From NCBI GenBank assembly GCA_001873215.1, contig MNYS01000006.1, positions 56,839-120,838 on the forward strand: a stretch of DNA of 64,000 nucleotides, read 5' to 3'. Shown here in pieces: positions 1-9,790 of this stretch. The notes below the pieces were generated by a model. That model worked only from the letters and a program-made list of their open reading frames with translations, had not been told where the DNA came from and made no database searches. Origin of the DNA: Candidatus Levybacteria bacterium CG2_30_37_29. GTDB lineage: Bacteria > Patescibacteriota > Microgenomatia > Levybacterales > GWA1-39-11. Position numbers and translations under genes: made by a program. Positions within the stretch are counted from its first letter, which is position 1; each line of letters begins with the position of its first letter.

Positions 1-117
1 TTTATCCCTTGTGTCTCAAATTCGCTTTGCTCATTTGAGCCAGCGGCGGGAATGACAACCTTCGCTCCGCTCAGAACGTCGCTTTTTCTCGTAAAACTCA
101 AAAAAGTCGTCCCCTTG

Positions 118-189
118 AGCCTTGATCGGGAATCGGACCCGAGACCTCTTTCTTACCAAGAAAGCGTTCTGCCACTGAACTACCAAGGC
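118..189 (-). tRNA. tRNA-Thr(GGT)
   Basis: Reverse complement folds as a cloverleaf: acceptor GCCTTGG/TCAAGGC, anticodon loop TTGGTAA, T arm GGTCCGATTCC; CCA not encoded. Confidence 0.93.
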
Positions 190-238
190 GTTCTACGTCA
201 GAGTTTATTTTATCAGGAAGAATTTTGAAATACCAATA

Positions 239-904
239 TTAAAGTAGGGGAATTTGCGAGATTGGACCGTATGCATCTCCCATTCCAAGCAAAAATCCTC
301 TTGCATAAATTTTTTTATGCCCCAATACTTGCTTATATGCATTTGCAAGTTGTGGTTGGGATGAGAGCATCTCTTCTGCTAAATAATTTGCACCGCTTAC
401 AATATTTGCAAGAATTTCAGGAAAAGGATAACCAACAGTTTTCATTCGTGCAAGTTCTGCAATTTTTTGCGGTGTAAGATTTTCTCTTTGAGTGTTGGTC
501 AGTTCGCAAAGAAGTCTGATGCTTCTCCTGCTTTCCGGAAGACCCAATAATCCACTCCAATATGCGTCAATTGCTTTTTTGGGGACTACAAAATTTTTGT
601 TTTCGTCTGCCTGTTGTTCTCTAAAAGCCTGATGAACAAATCTTTGCCCCACTTTGTATTGATACAAACATGATGTTTCCTCTGGCGCAACAAACAACTC
701 GCGAATAGAATGCATGCCGTCCAAAAAATGAGAAAAATCAGAATAAGGTCTATCGTGTTCTCTAAGCATAAAAGTTTGTTCGTCAACAAACGGTTTGTCA
801 ATACCGTCAAAAAGGCTTCCTTCCACAATAGTCTTGAAAGCGTGTTGTCCAGGCTTCTCTTTTAGAGGAATAGTTTTTCTTATTGGTTGTGATTCGTTAG
901 TCAT
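239..904 (-). CDS. hypothetical protein
   Basis: 221 aa ORF; start overlaps the stop of the upstream ORF by 4 nt; no recognisable motif. Confidence 0.7.
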   Translation of the reverse strand: MTNESQPIRKTIPLKEKPGQHAFKTIVEGSLFDGIDKPFVDEQTFMLREHDRPYSDFSHFLDGMHSIRELFVAPEETSCLYQYKVGQRFVHQAFREQQADENKNFVVPKKAIDAYWSGLLGLPESRRSIRLLCELTNTQRENLTPQKIAELARMKTVGYPFPEILANIVSGANYLAEEMLSSQPQLANAYKQVLGHKKIYARGFLLGMGDAYGPISQIPLL

Positions 905-1638
905 GCTTTTTGATATTGTCCCAAGTCTTTGTCGTTTGAAGACGTGGCGTTAAACATCCGTTCAAGGGAGTCTCCGCTTTGAGTTTCACAAAAAATTCCA
1001 TGTGTGTCCCAAAAACCAAAAGTAAGAGATGACACATTCATTGTTCCTATCTGACCTTTTGCAGCAGAAAGAAACTTATAAAGAGTTTTTTCCTTTTCGG
1101 CATTTGCTCCGGATTTAGCATTTGATGTCTGTCCAATTGCACCGCCCATTTTTTTAATATACCAATTTGATGGATCTTGTCGGGCATAAAGTTCTTCAAA
1201 CAGTTTTATAGGACGCAGGCTTAATGAAGCATCCATATCTTGTTTGAAGCATTCAATTTCGGCAAGATTTGTCTCGCCCCAGTTTGTCAACAAATTTATA
1301 AAATATCTTTTTACATCACGTTCACCAACTTTTGGTACGGGAAGTCTATTTTTTCCTGCCTGCATTCTAATCGCCCTGTTGTAGAAAAGCGCGCCAACAT
1401 CAAACGCATTTGAATTCCAAAAAATATTTCCAACAGTTGCTCTTAAATCAGATAAATCGCTTAAAGTAGAATAGAGTAGACCATTTTCTTCTCTCATTAC
1501 ATTAGTTTCACGGTTAAATTCTGTTCTATCATCTTCTGCAAGAGGCAAGACAATTTGGCGTAAAGACATTTCAAGTGCGCCTTCCTCAATTGTGATTGGA
1601 TGATTTGGCTGGCCAATTCTTTCTATTTCTTTTGACAT
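901..1638 (-). CDS. hypothetical protein
   Basis: 245 aa ORF with TATAAT 7 nt before the ATG (leaderless pattern). Confidence 0.72.
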   Translation of the reverse strand: MSKEIERIGQPNHPITIEEGALEMSLRQIVLPLAEDDRTEFNRETNVMREENGLLYSTLSDLSDLRATVGNIFWNSNAFDVGALFYNRAIRMQAGKNRLPVPKVGERDVKRYFINLLTNWGETNLAEIECFKQDMDASLSLRPIKLFEELYARQDPSNWYIKKMGGAIGQTSNAKSGANAEKEKTLYKFLSAAKGQIGTMNVSSLTFGFWDTHGIFCETQSGDSLERMFNATSSNDKDLGQYQKA

Positions 1639-1764
1639 GACGTGAATTATAGTACTAAATTATTCAATAATCAAAGGATAAAAAATATCTACGATCTAAG
1701 ATTTAAAAATAAGAAAGAGAACAGAAAAGGGGTTTGAAAGCAAAGCCAAACAATATGTTTGAGC

Positions 1765-2409
1765 TTACAACAGAAGGAGGGAAAAAAGTGCGCTGCCTGC
1801 CCCAAGCAATGCTCCGCCTACAACGTCAGTTGTCCAGTGTTCTCCTAAAGAAACTCGGGAAACAATCATAGAAATAACTAGTGTTAATATCATAGTATGT
1901 ATGAATAGTTTTATAGATTTTGAAAATTTTGAGTTGTAAAGAATAATTGAAAAAAGAACTCCCAAAAAAACAATACGCATAGAATGTCCTGATGGGTAAG
2001 ACGATTCGGTAAAAACGTGAAGCCCCGGAAATTCGGAAAATTGAGCCCTTAAAAACATGCGAGGAGGTCCGGGTTGCTCAAGTATGGTTTTGCCGATATA
2101 TTCAAGTACGTGTGCGGCGGAAAAAATTATTATAGGAACAAATCCTGTAAGTTTTCTTTTAAATAAAATAAAAATAAGAAGAATAAATGCTGTAAATTCA
2201 AAACGACCGACAACCGAAAGAATTGAGAAAAAAGTGTCAAATTTTACCGGAATCTTGCTTTGGACCCTAACGGTTGTATCAAAATCAAAACCTCTAAGCG
2301 TATCCGACCTAACAATAAGCGTAAAAACAAAAAACCCAACTAATAAGAAGAGGCTTATAAATAGATAGTATTTTTTGAGATTAGAGTGACTTTTTTCTTC
2401 TTTTGGCAC
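1765..2409 (-). CDS. PAP2-family membrane phosphatase
   Basis: Motifs SYPSGH and SRVSLGEHWTTDVVGG, several TM segments. Confidence 0.9.
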   Translation of the reverse strand: MPKEEKSHSNLKKYYLFISLFLLVGFFVFTLIVRSDTLRGFDFDTTVRVQSKIPVKFDTFFSILSVVGRFEFTAFILLIFILFKRKLTGFVPIIIFSAAHVLEYIGKTILEQPGPPRMFLRAQFSEFPGLHVFTESSYPSGHSMRIVFLGVLFSIILYNSKFSKSIKLFIHTMILTLVISMIVSRVSLGEHWTTDVVGGALLGAGSALFSLLLL

Positions 2410-2437
2410 AGCTATACTATCTTATCAAAATTTTAAA

Positions 2438-3703
2438 CTAAGTGTGGAGAGTATTCCTGTATTGTCTAATCAGTTCCAAATCTTCGTCTGAAGGATTTGT
2501 TGGATTTATGCCAAGAGATATTGCAGCTCTATAAATAGATGTTCTTGATGTTCCGGTTTCAACCGCAAGTTGCGCAATAGCTCCATTGGTCTTATGCGTT
2601 CCGCCCATTTCCAGAAGCTCTCTTCTGTAATTGCGTATCTTTTCAATATCCTCAGAAGACAAACGTTTTCTATCTTTAATATCCAGTCTATCAACATATT
2701 GACCCACTGATGAGGCAGAAACCCCAAACTCTTTTGCAAGCGAGAACATCGTGCCTTCCGAAACAGGCCTTCCTGCTCTGATAATTCCTTCGGCAGACTG
2801 CCTTTTATACTCTCTTATCTCTTCAACAACTTTCCAAGGAAGACTATTACCTTTATATCCAAGACGTTTTTTTATCTGATGCATGCGTGCACGCGTTAAT
2901 ACGTACTCTTTCCCAAGCATTTCAAGACTTATTGTTTCACGATATTGATCAAGCCAATAATTTATAATTTTTTTTCGTTGTCTTTTTGTCATACTGCTTG
3001 TTTCAAGCATTGCTCCAAATTGTTCAGGATTTGGCAACTGTCTACGATTTAAAATCCAAGGACAATCTTTAAATACAGTAGGATCTTTTCCTAAAATTTT
3101 TCCCGCCCCCAGCGCAAATTCATTTGTAACCATGCTTTTTTCAGCACGCTTTTCATCTCTTGATGCAATCTCATCTTTTATTTTCTGAGCCTGCTCCTCT
3201 GTAATAATCGCAGAAAATCCTAAACCTTTTCTTATCCTCCCAACCATAGTAACATTTGGAGATTTTTCTCTATTTGGCATATCCTCCGAACTTAAGCTTT
3301 GAGATAGTTGAGTGTCGGTAAACGTAACGCACGGAAGTTCTTTGGCAACTGTTCTTGGGACCAAAGGAGGAATTCTGCCGTAAAGTTTCCCTTTCTTTTC
3401 AAGTGTTATTGCAATTGTTTCTTCTACCGCATCAGCAAGAGAGGCTAATTCCGACTCTGTAGCACCGTTAATTTCTGCCCCCTGCAGCATTTGTTCAAGA
3501 GTGTAAAGAGAGGTATCTTCTGTTCTGTTTCTTCCTGTAACATGCAATGAATGCAAATTAAATTTTTCATCCATTTCCCTAGATGTAATTCCTCGCAGCA
3601 TACGAAAATCTTCCGCCCATTGTCCAATAGGGTTAAGAGGACGAAGGCGTTGAGTTTTAAATTGTGATTGATTTTCTCCAAATGCTTCAGGTGTTTTGCT
3701 CAC
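2438..3703 (-). CDS. multi-HTH putative DNA-binding protein
   Basis: 421 aa; HTH-like segments SLEMLGKEYVLTRARMHQI, LAKEFGVSASSVGQY, LAVETGTSRTSIYRA. Confidence 0.6.
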   Translation of the reverse strand: MSKTPEAFGENQSQFKTQRLRPLNPIGQWAEDFRMLRGITSREMDEKFNLHSLHVTGRNRTEDTSLYTLEQMLQGAEINGATESELASLADAVEETIAITLEKKGKLYGRIPPLVPRTVAKELPCVTFTDTQLSQSLSSEDMPNREKSPNVTMVGRIRKGLGFSAIITEEQAQKIKDEIASRDEKRAEKSMVTNEFALGAGKILGKDPTVFKDCPWILNRRQLPNPEQFGAMLETSSMTKRQRKKIINYWLDQYRETISLEMLGKEYVLTRARMHQIKKRLGYKGNSLPWKVVEEIREYKRQSAEGIIRAGRPVSEGTMFSLAKEFGVSASSVGQYVDRLDIKDRKRLSSEDIEKIRNYRRELLEMGGTHKTNGAIAQLAVETGTSRTSIYRAAISLGINPTNPSDEDLELIRQYRNTLHT

Positions 3704-3734
3704 AAGGTTATTTTATCAAAATTCGCTCAAAACT

Positions 3735-4385
3735 TCAAACTCTGGGATACTTTTTACAGAACTCAGGGCGGTGTAGAGAAGAAAGACCGTGTTTTATAAT
3801 GGCATTTCGGTGAAGTAATGTTCCATATCCTTTATGTTTTTCAAACCCGTATTCCGGATACTCTTCAGAAAGTTTTACCATATAATTATCGCGGTGGACT
3901 TTTGCAATAATGCTTGCCGCGGCAATTGAGATAGAAGCGGAGTCGCCGCGAATAATATTTAATTGCTTACTTTTTTCAACAGAAGGAATACTAAAAGCAT
4001 CTGTTATAAAAAAAATATTTTTGTTGCCGATTTTTTCAAAAACTTTTTTTGCTATTTTTTCAAACCCCAAAGTTGTCGCTTTCCCTATGCCGATTTCATT
4101 TATTATACCAACGGAAATATATTGTAAATCCAAGTAAAATGTAAATTCTTGAATACTTTTATTGAGCAGTTCCCTTTTGTATCCACTTAGTTTTTTTGAG
4201 TCGTTTATTCCAAGATTTTGAAGCTTTTCCAGTTGTAGTTTGTTTAAATCCGGATGTAAAATAACTCCTCCAACAACAAGCGGTCCGGCAAAACACCCGC
4301 GTCCCACTTCGTCAATTCCGACAACAATAAATCCCTTATTCCATAAATCTTTTTCAATTTTAAGAGTCGGTAAATTCTTTTTCAT
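3735..4385 (-). CDS. rnhB: ribonuclease HII
   Basis: GIDEVGRGCFAGP, DSKKL, IAAASIIAKVHRD, HKGYGT motifs. Confidence 0.97.
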   Translation of the reverse strand: MKKNLPTLKIEKDLWNKGFIVVGIDEVGRGCFAGPLVVGGVILHPDLNKLQLEKLQNLGINDSKKLSGYKRELLNKSIQEFTFYLDLQYISVGIINEIGIGKATTLGFEKIAKKVFEKIGNKNIFFITDAFSIPSVEKSKQLNIIRGDSASISIAAASIIAKVHRDNYMVKLSEEYPEYGFEKHKGYGTLLHRNAIIKHGLSSLHRPEFCKKYPRV

Positions 4386-4434
4386 AAAGACAGTATATCA
4401 TTCAAATTTTTATGCGATGTGATATAAAGAGGAT

Positions 4435-5169
4435 ATGGGTATTGAAAATTATTTCGCACATCCTGTAGATCAGAAAGATGTTGAAAGTTTTCAAAGAAGA
4501 AAAAATTTTTTAGGTCCGGCGCATTCTAATATTGATGCAGTTGCTCTAGACATGGCACAGGAAGGAAAAAATGCTCTGTCAAGTTTTGTTGTCAGCAACG
4601 TATCACCAGACGGCATGATCTATTTTACGCCATCTTTTATGAGAGAAATGGGTTTACGTGTCGGAACAGACATTGTTGGTATTCATCTTGCGGCATCAAT
4701 TCTCAGTCTTGGTGAAACTATGGTTGAAAGACAATTTGATTTGAAAAATCATGTAGCAAGGCTTAATTGGTATTTAAGCGATTTTCCTCCAAGTCAGATG
4801 AATATTGAAAATGCAGGAATCGAGGCTATACCATACAGAAAACTTCGTGATATGTGGGCGCTTGCCCGTTGCGACAGAACTCTTTCGCGCTTTTTTACAA
4901 CCGATACAAATCTGCTTCCGGATTACCTGCGTTCTCTTTTAGATAATACAGTCATGAAAGATATTCCTGCAATCATAAAACATTATGAACATAAAAGCGG
5001 TAGGCTTCTTGCAGCTCTTGAATCGCTTGATTTACAAGAGGATGAAAAAAGAGAACGTGGTGAAGTATATTCGATTGCTCAAAAAAAGTTTCTAGATGAT
5101 ATAGATTTGCAGATTGCCATACTTCAGGAAGAAATTGATGACAGACGAGGTCTAAGGAAAAGAGTTTAA
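4435..5169 (+). CDS. hypothetical protein
   Basis: 244 aa ORF, no motif recognised. Confidence 0.7.
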   Translation: MGIENYFAHPVDQKDVESFQRRKNFLGPAHSNIDAVALDMAQEGKNALSSFVVSNVSPDGMIYFTPSFMREMGLRVGTDIVGIHLAASILSLGETMVERQFDLKNHVARLNWYLSDFPPSQMNIENAGIEAIPYRKLRDMWALARCDRTLSRFFTTDTNLLPDYLRSLLDNTVMKDIPAIIKHYEHKSGRLLAALESLDLQEDEKRERGEVYSIAQKKFLDDIDLQIAILQEEIDDRRGLRKRV

Positions 5170-5218
5170 CTGTTTTGAAATTCCAAAAATCGCCCAAAAT
5201 TGCTATACTAGTAATCTC

Positions 5219-6403
5219 GTGTTAATTTTTCGCAACAATCGTAATTTGGCAATAGTCGCTTTAATCGCAATAGTTAATGCCTTGGGGTATGGGATTATAA
5301 TACCTATTCTGTATCCGTATTCAAAAAGTTTTGGGCTTACGGATTTTCAAAACGCCCTTCTCTTATCCACTTTTTTTCTATGCTCATTTTTCTCCGCTCC
5401 TATAATAGGCCGTCTTTCTGATAAATATGGGAGAAAACCGCTTTTGGTCACTTCAATTGCAGGAACAGCGACCTCCTTTTTGTTGCTTGCTGTGGCGCCG
5501 AATGCAATTTTTCTTTTTTTGGCGCGTGCTCTTGACGGAATAACCGCAGGTAATATTCCTGTTGTAGCGGCTGTCATTTCAGATACGAATGAGTCGCATA
5601 ACCGCGCGAAAGGATTTGGAATAATCGGAGCGTCATTTGGTTTTGGATTTTTCTTTGGTCCTGCAATTTCTGCTTTGACGGTTGGGTTTGGAACGCATAT
5701 TCCGTTTTTGATTGCGGCATTAATTTCTATTTTTGCAACAATTATTACAATTCTTTTTTTGCCCGAAACAAATAAAAACATAGGACAGGTTCGCAAAGGA
5801 AAATTGTTTGATTTTAAAAGACTTGCAGGAGCGCTTGTTCACCCTGCTGTCGGGAAAACTCTTTTTGTATCATTTCTTTACAACATTGCATTTGGGGCTC
5901 TTCTTTTTGCTTATCAGCCTTTTGCAATAAAAATATTGCATTTTACCCCTGCGCAAATCGGGCTAGTATTTACCATGATTGGCGCAATTGGGATATTTGT
6001 TCAAACATTTCTTCTTCAAAGAGTGATTAAAAAATTTGGAGAGAAAAAAACTTTTACTTATGCTGTATTTATCGCGTCGTGGGCATTTGTTTCGTATTTT
6101 TTTGTAAGGAGCGTTCCTATATATATTGTAACTGTTATTGTTTTTGGTTTTTCAAATTCCTTTGTGGGGCCGCTTATCCAAACTCTTTTATCGCGCGAAA
6201 CAGATGAGAAATCACAAGGAACAATTCAAGGACTTAATTCTTCCTATGTAAGTATTGGTAATATTTTGGGGCCGATTATCGCGGGAGCTCTTGCAACTTT
6301 CTATATTCCTCTTCCTTTTCTTCTCTGCGCTCTGGTTGGATTCAGTTGTTTTTTCTTATCGTTTAGAATAAGGAAAGCGCCAAAAGAACACGCATTCGGC
6401 TAG
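5219..6403 (+). CDS. MFS transporter, TetA/DHA1-like efflux
   Basis: MFS motif A GRLSDKYGRK, motif C GFFFGPAI, about 12 TM segments. Confidence 0.92.
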   Translation: MLIFRNNRNLAIVALIAIVNALGYGIIIPILYPYSKSFGLTDFQNALLLSTFFLCSFFSAPIIGRLSDKYGRKPLLVTSIAGTATSFLLLAVAPNAIFLFLARALDGITAGNIPVVAAVISDTNESHNRAKGFGIIGASFGFGFFFGPAISALTVGFGTHIPFLIAALISIFATIITILFLPETNKNIGQVRKGKLFDFKRLAGALVHPAVGKTLFVSFLYNIAFGALLFAYQPFAIKILHFTPAQIGLVFTMIGAIGIFVQTFLLQRVIKKFGEKKTFTYAVFIASWAFVSYFFVRSVPIYIVTVIVFGFSNSFVGPLIQTLLSRETDEKSQGTIQGLNSSYVSIGNILGPIIAGALATFYIPLPFLLCALVGFSCFFLSFRIRKAPKEHAFG

Positions 6404-6416
6404 GTGCTCTTCGAGT

Positions 6417-7067
6417 CTAGTTTATTTCGGAAGCGTTTATCTTCAGATTTACACCGTCGTATTCGAATGCAAAACGTATATCTTTATCTTTTGTATTTTT
6501 AATATACAAGTTCTGATTTTCGCTTGTGTTTTTTTGACCGGGCATATAATAAATTGATACTCCATATTCTTTCGGAACTTCCGGAATGTTTGCAAAGTTA
6601 TGGTTTGTAGGTGCTTTTGTTTCGAGCCCGGCATCTTTTGCGACCCAGTAGAGAAGAGATGCAAAATGGCAAACACCGTCACCTACAAGCCAGCCGTCTG
6701 ATTTAAATCCTTCACCGGAATTAAAATGGGCGCCTGTTGTAACGGCTACTTTACCTGAATAATCAGGAAGGGCATCTTCGTGGAACGCAAAAACCTCACC
6801 CTTTTTGAGGACAATTTCAACATCACCTTTTTTTCTGAGCTTTTCCCAGTTTATGTCTTTTGCTGACTTTACCTGACCGTCAAGATATGCAAGCGTAAGA
6901 AGAATATTATCTTTAAACACTTCATTTACTTGGGGCACGGCGTATCGGGTTTCAAGAGACATGGTATGGTTTGCCAATACACGTGAATTAGGAGAGGCAA
7001 GAGGACTTTGAATTGCCGTAAACCCAAAAATAGATAAAATTGTAAAATGAATTAGATTCTGAAACAT
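6417..7067 (-). CDS. VanW-like exported protein
   Basis: N-terminal signal; GDGVCHFASLLY and NLYIKN resemble VanW GGGxCQxSTTLY and DLxFxN. Confidence 0.7.
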   Translation of the reverse strand: MFQNLIHFTILSIFGFTAIQSPLASPNSRVLANHTMSLETRYAVPQVNEVFKDNILLTLAYLDGQVKSAKDINWEKLRKKGDVEIVLKKGEVFAFHEDALPDYSGKVAVTTGAHFNSGEGFKSDGWLVGDGVCHFASLLYWVAKDAGLETKAPTNHNFANIPEVPKEYGVSIYYMPGQKNTSENQNLYIKNTKDKDIRFAFEYDGVNLKINASEIN

Positions 7068-7134
7068 ATAATTATAGGCTATATAAAAAAGCCTGTAATC
7101 GTGGATTATAGCATACTATAAGCCTTTAGTCAAG

Positions 7135-7899
7135 TTGTCTCTTTACTTTTTGTACAAGACGGATTACGATAAATTTGTGAAAAAGAGAAAAACCAAAAGA
7201 AAAAAGCAAACTTTCAAATTCAGCTTCAGGCTATGCGTATTTTTTGTTTTAGCATTAGGCATTGGTGTGGGTACCTATATTTTGAGCGTAAACGGTATGG
7301 GTACAAGATGCGCAAATTCTATAAGCTGTATAAAAGATCTTTCAGGCCGTTTTATGCCTGGTTTAAGAGGCGAATTTTCTGGAAGGAAAATCGACGGCCC
7401 CAGCTTTGCTGTAAGCATTGCTTTGCCAAAGGTGCTTGGAGAGAAAACAGACTCAGAAAAGCGTATTTTTGTAGACTTATCTACTCAGCATTTATGGTCA
7501 TATGAAGGGCCACAGCTTGTTTTTGATTTTCCCGTATCAACAGGAAAATGGTATCCTACGCCTACTGGTGACTTTAATATCTGGATAAAGCTAAGATTCA
7601 CACGCATGGAGGGCGGAAATACTGCTTTGGGCACATATTACAATCTTCCAAATGTTCCATTCACAATGTTTTTTTATAACGCCGACTACCCAAAAACCCT
7701 CGGTTATGGTCTGCACGGTGCGTATTGGCATAATAATTTTGGCCACCCCATGAGCCATGGGTGCGTAAATATCAGTGTTGAGAATGCAGAAAGGCTGTAT
7801 GCGTGGGCACAGCCTCAGACCACGGATAATTCAACGTATGCAACGGAAATAAATCCCGGAACAAGAATTACCATCTTCGGAACAACCCCGGCGGAGTAA
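7135..7899 (+). CDS. L,D-transpeptidase (YkuD family)
   Basis: VSTG...TPTG and HGAYWHNNFGHPMSHGCVN catalytic motif, N-terminal TM; start uncertain. Confidence 0.93.
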   Translation: MSLYFLYKTDYDKFVKKRKTKRKKQTFKFSFRLCVFFVLALGIGVGTYILSVNGMGTRCANSISCIKDLSGRFMPGLRGEFSGRKIDGPSFAVSIALPKVLGEKTDSEKRIFVDLSTQHLWSYEGPQLVFDFPVSTGKWYPTPTGDFNIWIKLRFTRMEGGNTALGTYYNLPNVPFTMFFYNADYPKTLGYGLHGAYWHNNFGHPMSHGCVNISVENAERLYAWAQPQTTDNSTYATEINPGTRITIFGTTPAE

Positions 7900-7907
7900 A
7901 ATTGGGT

Positions 7908-8240
7908 TTAATTTTCGTTTGGCAAAGCTAAATGTTGTTCGATTTTACGAACACGCCTTGCAAGTCTTGTATCTTCAACGTTGAAAACATCAATTGCAAC
8001 ACTTATATCCTTTTGGAGTTTTCTAATATCTTTTCTTGAACCTTTAACTTCCTCTCCAATAGAAGATAACCTGACTTCTACATTTTTTATTCTATCTCCT
8101 TGCTTGTGAATCGCATTTCTAAGATGAATATTTGCAGTTCTAACTTCGTGCGAGAAACTATCCTTAATATTTCCAGCTTCAGCTTCTATCTCTTCACGAA
8201 CCACTTTCTTAATTGCTTTGAGGTCTGACGTTGTTAGCAT
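7908..8240 (-). CDS. coiled-coil hypothetical protein
   Basis: 110 aa heptad-rich ORF ending RVRKIEQHLAL. Confidence 0.7.
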   Translation of the reverse strand: MLTTSDLKAIKKVVREEIEAEAGNIKDSFSHEVRTANIHLRNAIHKQGDRIKNVEVRLSSIGEEVKGSRKDIRKLQKDISVAIDVFNVEDTRLARRVRKIEQHLALPNEN

Positions 8241-8375
8241 AGGATTAATTATTATTTAGGAAGTTTAAATAAATTTCAAGAGCACAAACTATATCAGCAG
8301 GAATTGAGGTGCCACCTCAATTAGCCACAGAAATTGGTGTTTGACAAGAAGTTTGTATGTAATTACGTCAAAGGT

Positions 8376-8639
8376 TTAAGGCTTTTTGGTGGGACATTTA
8401 GCGAATTCGCAGTTTGGACCAACCCGTCCGACATAACTTCCGTCAGGACACAATTTTGCTTCCATCGTACACGCTTTTGTTTCAGGTTTGGATAAAACAG
8501 AATTTACAAGAGGTTGGTCAAGCCCTTTTTGATACTGCATTCCAAGATAAAATCCGATGAAGGGAAGTGATATGAATAGAATTAGCGCAATTGTTTTTGA
8601 AAGAGTAGTAACCGTGTTGTATTTTTTGGACAGTTTCAC
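8376..8639 (-). CDS. small membrane-anchored protein with 4-Cys module
   Basis: TM helix then CTMEAKLCPDGSYVGRVGPNCEFAKCP; probable GTG start (VKLSKK). Confidence 0.75.
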   Translation of the reverse strand: MKLSKKYNTVTTLSKTIALILFISLPFIGFYLGMQYQKGLDQPLVNSVLSKPETKACTMEAKLCPDGSYVGRVGPNCEFAKCPTKKP

Positions 8640-8734
8640 AGATTTAGTATAGCAAAAGCACAAAGAAGTTGCAGGATTGTGAGAATTTGTTCGAACTTTA
8701 ATTATTGCCTATTCATTTACATCTGCCGCCTCTT

Positions 8735-9028
8735 TTACTCTAGAGAGACATGTGCATGATTTGGTAGTCCTTCTCTGCGTGTTCCTTCGGGACGCAACCT
8801 ATCATTATCATTCGGAAGAGGTAAAGGTGCAAATTCAGGTATTATGGTTTCACCCCGGTGTCTTTGCCTCCCGGGATTCCACGCTTCATCTCGTCGGTCA
8901 ATTGCCCGCAAAGCAGCACTTGCATCTACCCAGCTGCCTTTTCTTAGCTGTTCAAGAACCTGCCGGTTATTCATATTGTTTGTCGATATAATTTCCAGTT
9001 TGCTTATATGAGTTTCCGAGGATCTCAT
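8735..9028 (-). CDS. hypothetical protein
   Basis: 97 aa ORF with TATAAT shortly upstream. Confidence 0.45.
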   Translation of the reverse strand: MRSSETHISKLEIISTNNMNNRQVLEQLRKGSWVDASAALRAIDRRDEAWNPGRQRHRGETIIPEFAPLPLPNDNDRLRPEGTRREGLPNHAHVSLE

Positions 9029-9068
9029 TATAGGGCAGATTATACCACTTTATGTATCCTGTCGGGAG

Positions 9069-9560
9069 CTAGCATACTTTGTGATTGTTCAGTAAATCTG
9101 CTAGCGCAATTCGTGCACGGTGCGGAATATCCCGAGCAGTAGGGTTTTGAACTTGTGCTGCGTGAACAACTCTCAAATGAAGAGGCATATTCGGAAGGGG
9201 AAGATAATAAGTAAAGTAATCCAACTCTTCTAATTGTTTAGCTGTTACTGTATAGAGGTGGTCAGTTCTCCGAGCTTTTCTGTCAAATAACGCTCCACAA
9301 GCAATATCGCAATTTTCGGTAAAAGTTACATGTGCAGATTTTCCCGGAGTAATAAATTCTCCTACCGGTTGTCTATCAGCATTTCTTAAGTCAAAAGAAG
9401 TGGGGATCAGTCCGTTGTTGCCCATAAAAGAAACAGAAATGTCTAGTGGGATTACTTTTCCCACAGTTAGTTTTTCGCAAACAGCAGTGTATGCCGTACG
9501 GTATTCAGCATAATATAAGGCTCGTGGTTCTCCGTCAACGCGATAATTTTCTATACTCAT
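9069..9560 (-). CDS. hypothetical protein
   Basis: 163 aa ORF with TATAAT 6 nt before the ATG, just downstream of tRNA-Trp. Confidence 0.65.
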   Translation of the reverse strand: MSIENYRVDGEPRALYYAEYRTAYTAVCEKLTVGKVIPLDISVSFMGNNGLIPTSFDLRNADRQPVGEFITPGKSAHVTFTENCDIACGALFDRKARRTDHLYTVTAKQLEELDYFTYYLPLPNMPLHLRVVHAAQVQNPTARDIPHRARIALADLLNNHKVC

Positions 9561-9634
9561 GTGGAGAATTATATCAAAAGAGGGCGGAAAACAGAACTAT
9601 AAGATTAATCTTTCCTTCGGATAAGACTATCTTG

Positions 9635-9705
9635 CAGGGGTATCAGGGCTCGAACCTGAAATAACGGTTTTGGAGACCGTTGTGATGCCATTTCACTATA
9701 CCCCT
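9635..9705 (-). tRNA. tRNA-Trp(CCA)
   Basis: Acceptor AGGGGTA/TACCCCT, anticodon arm ACGGT-CTCCAAA-ACCGT, T loop GGTTCGAGCCC. Confidence 0.95.
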
Positions 9706-9790
9706 ATCTTACTCACATTATATTGTATAATCAGGAGTGTTGCAAATATTCGTGCTTGAATAATAGCCTATAATAGTATATAATTTTTAT

